A DNA stretch of 62,399 nt, counting the filler, from Candidatus Zhuqueibacterota bacterium (GTDB lineage Bacteria > BS750m-G25), in NCBI GenBank assembly GCA_016783505.1. It is 3 parts of 3 records of this genome, joined end to end, with 100 filler letters (N's around TTAATTAATTAA, not from the genome) between each part and the next. Parts side by side here need not be neighbours in the genome. Positions count along the whole stretch, not along the records: positions 56,834 to 62,399 come from JADHWK010000087.1; 2 more parts are not named here. The stretch is one strand, 5' to 3'. The position numbers and the translations under genes were made by a program. Each line of letters begins with the position of its first letter. Position 1 is the stretch's first letter. The notes under the pieces are model-generated. The model worked only from the letters and a program-made list of their open reading frames with translations, was not told the origin of the DNA and ran no database searches. Of the stretch, positions 58,593-62,399 are shown in pieces.

Positions 58593-58678
58593 CATGATAA
58601 ATCAAAAGAGGTGGACATTATTAATGAATCCCAGGGGCTTTAAAAATTCTGTGTCTGGGAACGGTAATCTTACAATAA

Positions 58679-58786
58679 CCTCCCCCCTTTTTAAAGGGGG
58701 GGTAGGGGGGGATTTCAAGAGATGCTTCCATTGAACAAGAAACCCATATATAATCCCCCTAAATCCCCCTTTAGAAAAGGGGGACT
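58679..58786. repeat. C/G-rich REP-like doublet
   Basis: CCCCCCTTTTTAAAGGGGGGTAGGGGGGATTT and the inverse CCCCCTAAATCCCCCTTTAGAAAAGGGGGACT. Confidence 0.65.
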
Positions 58787-58820
58787 AATTTATTCCAAAA
58801 AAGCCAAAGGAGCCAACCCA

Positions 58821-59858
58821 ATGAAAATATTGACGATAAGTTTGGCGGTAGGTTTTCTTTTCATTTTTAGTCCTGCTGTGTCAGGAAAAGAATACGTAAT
58901 CAAATTCGCCACCATCGCCCCCGAGGGGTCCACCTGGATGAAGGTGCTTAAAGAGTTCGGCCAGGAGATCCAGGAGAAGAGTGGGGGACAGATGCGATTC
59001 CGAATCTACCCCGGGGGGGTATCGGGGGATGAGAAGGATGTCTTAAGAAAAATGCGAATAGGACAGATCCACTGTGCCGGGTTCACCGGGGTGGGGTTTG
59101 GAGAAATTCTTCCAGAAGTGAGAGTCATAGATCTCCCCTTCATCTTCCAAAACTATGGTGAGGTAGATTATATTCAGGAAAAAATGCACGAGCGATTCGC
59201 CGCTGCCTTTGAGGAGAAGGGGTTCGTTCTCTTGGGATGGGCCGAGGTGGGGTTCGTTCATTTCTTCTCTAACAAGCCCATTTATTCCATGGAGGATGTG
59301 AAACACCTGAAGATTTGGATGTGGGAAGGGGATCCGCTGGCGGTAGCCTTATTCAAGACCCTTGGGGTTAGCCCCATCTCTCTCTCGGTGATTGATGTGC
59401 TTTCCTCCCTGCAGACCGGACTGATCAATACTGTATACATCTCGCCCTATGGGGCCATCGCCCTGCAGTGGTTCACCAAGGTGAAATACATGACCGAATT
59501 CCCCATTTCCGATGCTGCCGGCGCAGTGTTAATCACCAAACGTTACTTTGATCGGTTACCTGAAGATCTTCAACTCATACTAAAAGAAAGCGCTCGTAAC
59601 CATCTGACCCGCTTGATTCAACTCACTCGCATGGATAACGTCGAGTCGGTGGAGATTCTCAAAGAAAACGGCATCCAGATCACCCCGACGCCACCGGACA
59701 GCGTTATGGCCGAATTTTACGGGGTAGGGGAGAGGGCTCGGGAAAACCTGGTGGGGAAGATGTATTCCCGGGAACTGCTGGATGAGCTGCTGTTTTACAT
59801 TGAGGAATTCCGTTCAAAGCAGACCCCCATACCAAATACTCGGGGTCACGAAGAATGA
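58821..59858 (+). CDS. dctP: TRAP substrate-binding protein (TatP/DctP)
   Basis: IKFATIAPEGSTW, YPGGVSGDE and SLQTGLI. Start placed at ATG 58821 after SD AAGGAG. Confidence 0.88.
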   Translation: MKILTISLAVGFLFIFSPAVSGKEYVIKFATIAPEGSTWMKVLKEFGQEIQEKSGGQMRFRIYPGGVSGDEKDVLRKMRIGQIHCAGFTGVGFGEILPEVRVIDLPFIFQNYGEVDYIQEKMHERFAAAFEEKGFVLLGWAEVGFVHFFSNKPIYSMEDVKHLKIWMWEGDPLAVALFKTLGVSPISLSVIDVLSSLQTGLINTVYISPYGAIALQWFTKVKYMTEFPISDAAGAVLITKRYFDRLPEDLQLILKESARNHLTRLIQLTRMDNVESVEILKENGIQITPTPPDSVMAEFYGVGERARENLVGKMYSRELLDELLFYIEEFRSKQTPIPNTRGHEE

Positions 59859-59895
59859 AACCCTTATCCCCCCGATGCCTCGGGGGCACAACGAA

Positions 59896-59968
59896 GAGAG
59901 GCGAGCGTAAGAGAGTGGAGCGTAAATTTTGACCTTTCGCTTTTACGCTCTACGCTTCACGCTTTGCG
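59896..59968. repeat. Inverted 7-mer tandem array pair
   Basis: GAGCGTA units opposite TTTACGC/TCTACGC/TTCACGC units, ending 6 nt before dctQ. Confidence 0.6.
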
Positions 59969-59974
59969 AAAAAG

Positions 59975-60466
59975 ATGAAAGTCCTGAAAACGATTGACAG
60001 ATATTTAGCGTTAACCGAAGGGGTCATCATCGTCCTCTTTTTAACCACCATGATCGGGCTGGCCTTTCTGCAGGTGGTATTGCGAAATTTTTTCTCCACT
60101 GGTATCCCCTGGGCGGATATCTTTCTTCGACATTTAGTCCTATGGGTAGCTTTTTTAGGGGCCTCCTTGTCCACCCGGGAGAATAAACACATCAACATTG
60201 ACGTGCTGACCAAACTGCTCCGCCCCAGGGGAAAGCTCTGGTCAAAATGCGTGGTTGAGGTCCTCTCCTTGGCCGTCTGCCTCTTTTTGGGTTTGGCGGC
60301 CTGGTCCTTCCTCGCTATGGAGCGCCAGGGCCAGGGCATCCTTTTTAATAATTTACCCATCTGGATCTTTCAAATCATCCTTCCGTTGGGCTTTTTTGTG
60401 ATCGCCTTCCGTTTTTTCCTCCGGGTGCTTGATAGCCTTCTTATCTTAAGCCAGAAACCCCGCTAA
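59975..60466 (+). CDS. dctQ: TRAP small permease
   Basis: QVVLRN, FLGASL and HINID; four TM helices. Confidence 0.88.
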   Translation: MKVLKTIDRYLALTEGVIIVLFLTTMIGLAFLQVVLRNFFSTGIPWADIFLRHLVLWVAFLGASLSTRENKHINIDVLTKLLRPRGKLWSKCVVEVLSLAVCLFLGLAAWSFLAMERQGQGILFNNLPIWIFQIILPLGFFVIAFRFFLRVLDSLLILSQKPR

Positions 60467-61743
60467 TGATGATTCTTTTTGGAATAGTCATCCTCCTGTG
60501 TGCCCTTTTAGGAACCCCTTTGTTTGTCATCATCGGGGCTTTGGCTTTGTTTTTCTTTTACTCGGTGGGCATTGACACCTCTGCGGTCGTGGTGGAAATG
60601 TACCGCATGGCCTCTTCACCCACCCTGCTGGCCATCCCCTTGTTTACCTTTACCGGATTTGTTCTGGCTAAAAGCAACACCTCTAAACGGCTGATCAACC
60701 TCTCCGGGGCCCTTTTCGGCTGGCTACCCGGCGGGTTGGCTGTAGTGGCCCTGGTTACCTGTGCTTTTTTCACCGCCTTTACCGGCGCCTCAGGGGTGAC
60801 CATCATCGCATTGGGGGGACTTCTTTACCCCATGCTGGTCTCGGAGAAATATCCCAAGAAATTTTCCCTGGGTCTGATGACCGCCTCTGGAAGCCTGGGG
60901 CTCCTGTTTCCCCCCAGTCTCCCTTTGATCCTGTACGGCATGGTCTCCCAGACCAGCGTTGACCAGCTCTTTTTAGCTGGGATCATTCCCGGAATCATCC
61001 TTATCCTAATCCTGTCGGGATATAGCATACGCTGGGGCTTCGCCGCCCAGGTCAAAAAGACCCCTTTTTCCTTCAAGGAAATCTCTAAAGCCTTGAAGGA
61101 AATGGCCTGGGAGATTCCCCTGCCCATGATAATCCTGGGGGGGATCTACGGTGGAATCTTCACTGCCACCGAGGCCGCTGCTGTTACTGCCGTCTATGTA
61201 GTAGTTATAGAATGCTTTATCTATCGGGAGATCCGCTTTGCCCGGGATGTCCCCCGAATTATGAAGGAGAGCATGGTGCTGGTAGGGGGGATTCTGATCA
61301 TCCTGGGCGCTGCATTGGGCCTGACCAGCTATCTCATTGATCAACAGGTCCCCATGAAAATATTGGCTTTGATGAAAACCTACATTAGCAGCAAATATAC
61401 TTTCTTAATCCTGCTTAACATTCTACTGCTTATTGTCGGCTGCATGATGGACATTTTTTCTGCCATCATGGTCGTCGTCCCCCTGATTACCCCTATAGCG
61501 ACAAGCTTTGGGGTGGATCCAATACACTTAGGCATTATTTTCCTCACCAACCTAGAGATTGGATATTCTACTCCCCCGGTCGGACTAAACCTGTTCATCG
61601 CCAGCTCCCGGTTCAAGGAGCCGGTAGTAAAACTATACGGAGCGGCACTGCCGTTTCTGGGCTTGAGGCTGATCGCCCTGATCCTGATCACCTATGTTCC
61701 ATTTATCAGTCTGTGGCTGGTGGAATTACTCCAGGTACGATAA
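60466..61743 (+). CDS. dctM: TRAP large permease
   Basis: LAIPLF, GLLFPPS, FTATEAA and TPPVGLNLF. Confidence 0.92.
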   Translation: MMILFGIVILLCALLGTPLFVIIGALALFFFYSVGIDTSAVVVEMYRMASSPTLLAIPLFTFTGFVLAKSNTSKRLINLSGALFGWLPGGLAVVALVTCAFFTAFTGASGVTIIALGGLLYPMLVSEKYPKKFSLGLMTASGSLGLLFPPSLPLILYGMVSQTSVDQLFLAGIIPGIILILILSGYSIRWGFAAQVKKTPFSFKEISKALKEMAWEIPLPMIILGGIYGGIFTATEAAAVTAVYVVVIECFIYREIRFARDVPRIMKESMVLVGGILIILGAALGLTSYLIDQQVPMKILALMKTYISSKYTFLILLNILLLIVGCMMDIFSAIMVVVPLITPIATSFGVDPIHLGIIFLTNLEIGYSTPPVGLNLFIASSRFKEPVVKLYGAALPFLGLRLIALILITYVPFISLWLVELLQVR

Positions 61744-61785
61744 AATATCTTGATGCTAATATAATAATCAATTAGCATAATAATT

Positions 61786-62399
61786 ATGAGATTTTACAGT
61801 AAACGAAACCTTAATTCTCATAAATGGTTGATAGTTACGTTGTTTTGCTTATCATTTTTTAGTTTCGGCTCAAGATCGGCAGAGGCGCATTTTTGGAGAA
61901 TAGGGGAAAGTTTGAATTACCGGGTGATGTGGGGGATTATTCCACTGGGGACTATGCGGATTGATGTGGTTGAAAAAATAAGGTTGGATGGATTTCCGGT
62001 CTATCAGGTGACCTGGCGGGTTGATTCTAACCCGCTTTTGTTTTTTATAAATATCCATGAAAGCTTCGAATCATTCATAGACTCTGCAGGGGTATTTTCC
62101 CGAAAATTTCTGGCACACAGTGCCGATAGGGAAAGGACGTATCATTTTGATTATATTGAAAACAGGCTGACGATGGACACTTTTCTGCCCGATGGGTCCC
62201 GGGTCAGGGATACAATTAATATCCAGGATAAGATTCAAGATGGAACATCACTTTTATTTTATATCAGAAGCCAGGTGCATAAAAGCAAAAAAGAGGAAAT
62301 AACCACCGTTATAGAGCAGGAGTTAATGAGAACGGATGTATATTTTGCCAATAAGCTTGTGAGAATAAAGGGAGCAGGGGGGGATGTAGATGCCATAGA
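61786..62399 (+). CDS. DUF3108-like secreted protein (3' end outside window)
   Basis: Open frame MRFYSKRN...GESLNYRVMWGIIPLG...QDGTSLLFYIR. Not in the ORF track. Confidence 0.65.
   Translation, partial: MRFYSKRNLNSHKWLIVTLFCLSFFSFGSRSAEAHFWRIGESLNYRVMWGIIPLGTMRIDVVEKIRLDGFPVYQVTWRVDSNPLLFFINIHESFESFIDSAGVFSRKFLAHSADRERTYHFDYIENRLTMDTFLPDGSRVRDTINIQDKIQDGTSLLFYIRSQVHKSKKEEITTVIEQELMRTDVYFANKLVRIKGAGGDVDAI

Overview
Bacterial genomic scaffold of roughly 50% GC with AT-rich accessory patches. A T9SS-type C-terminal sorting domain and a complete moxR-bat operon suggest an FCB-group-like lineage, and hypF plus a glycyl-radical activase fragment suggest an anaerobe (inference). Two N-gaps containing the linker TTAATTAATTAA (28558-28657, 56734-56833) split the window into three contigs whose adjacency is unproven. 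In order, it contains: the end of an IS1595 element next to a two-cassette attC array; tRNA-Phe(GAA); a GT2/ParB-like/SPL-family radical SAM trio; secreted proteins; a DrrAB-type ABC exporter; a GAF-PP2C phosphatase coupled to a tandem MotA-like protein; pepT, cstA and ade; M48 and S9 peptidases; an AT-rich precursor-like peptide plus zincin pair; a DUF362 fusion; a DASS transporter; dnaK with a sigma54 promoter; clpB with an apparent AGG start; a moxR-DUF58-batABCDE operon with an insertion at every gene junction; an island with an Ntn/proteasome-like protein, antitoxin, Doc toxin and a 47-aa-repeat TPR protein; hypF; and a TPAT/TRAP transporter with an embedded site-2 protease. The most striking non-coding signal is a set of mini-elements. 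These are inverted 7-, 8- and 9-mer tandem arrays, one pair of which encloses a four-helix-bundle gene exactly from a stop codon to the next start, together with several REP-like families and tiny palindromes nested inside the other repeats. All calls come from visual motif recognition; no searches were run.
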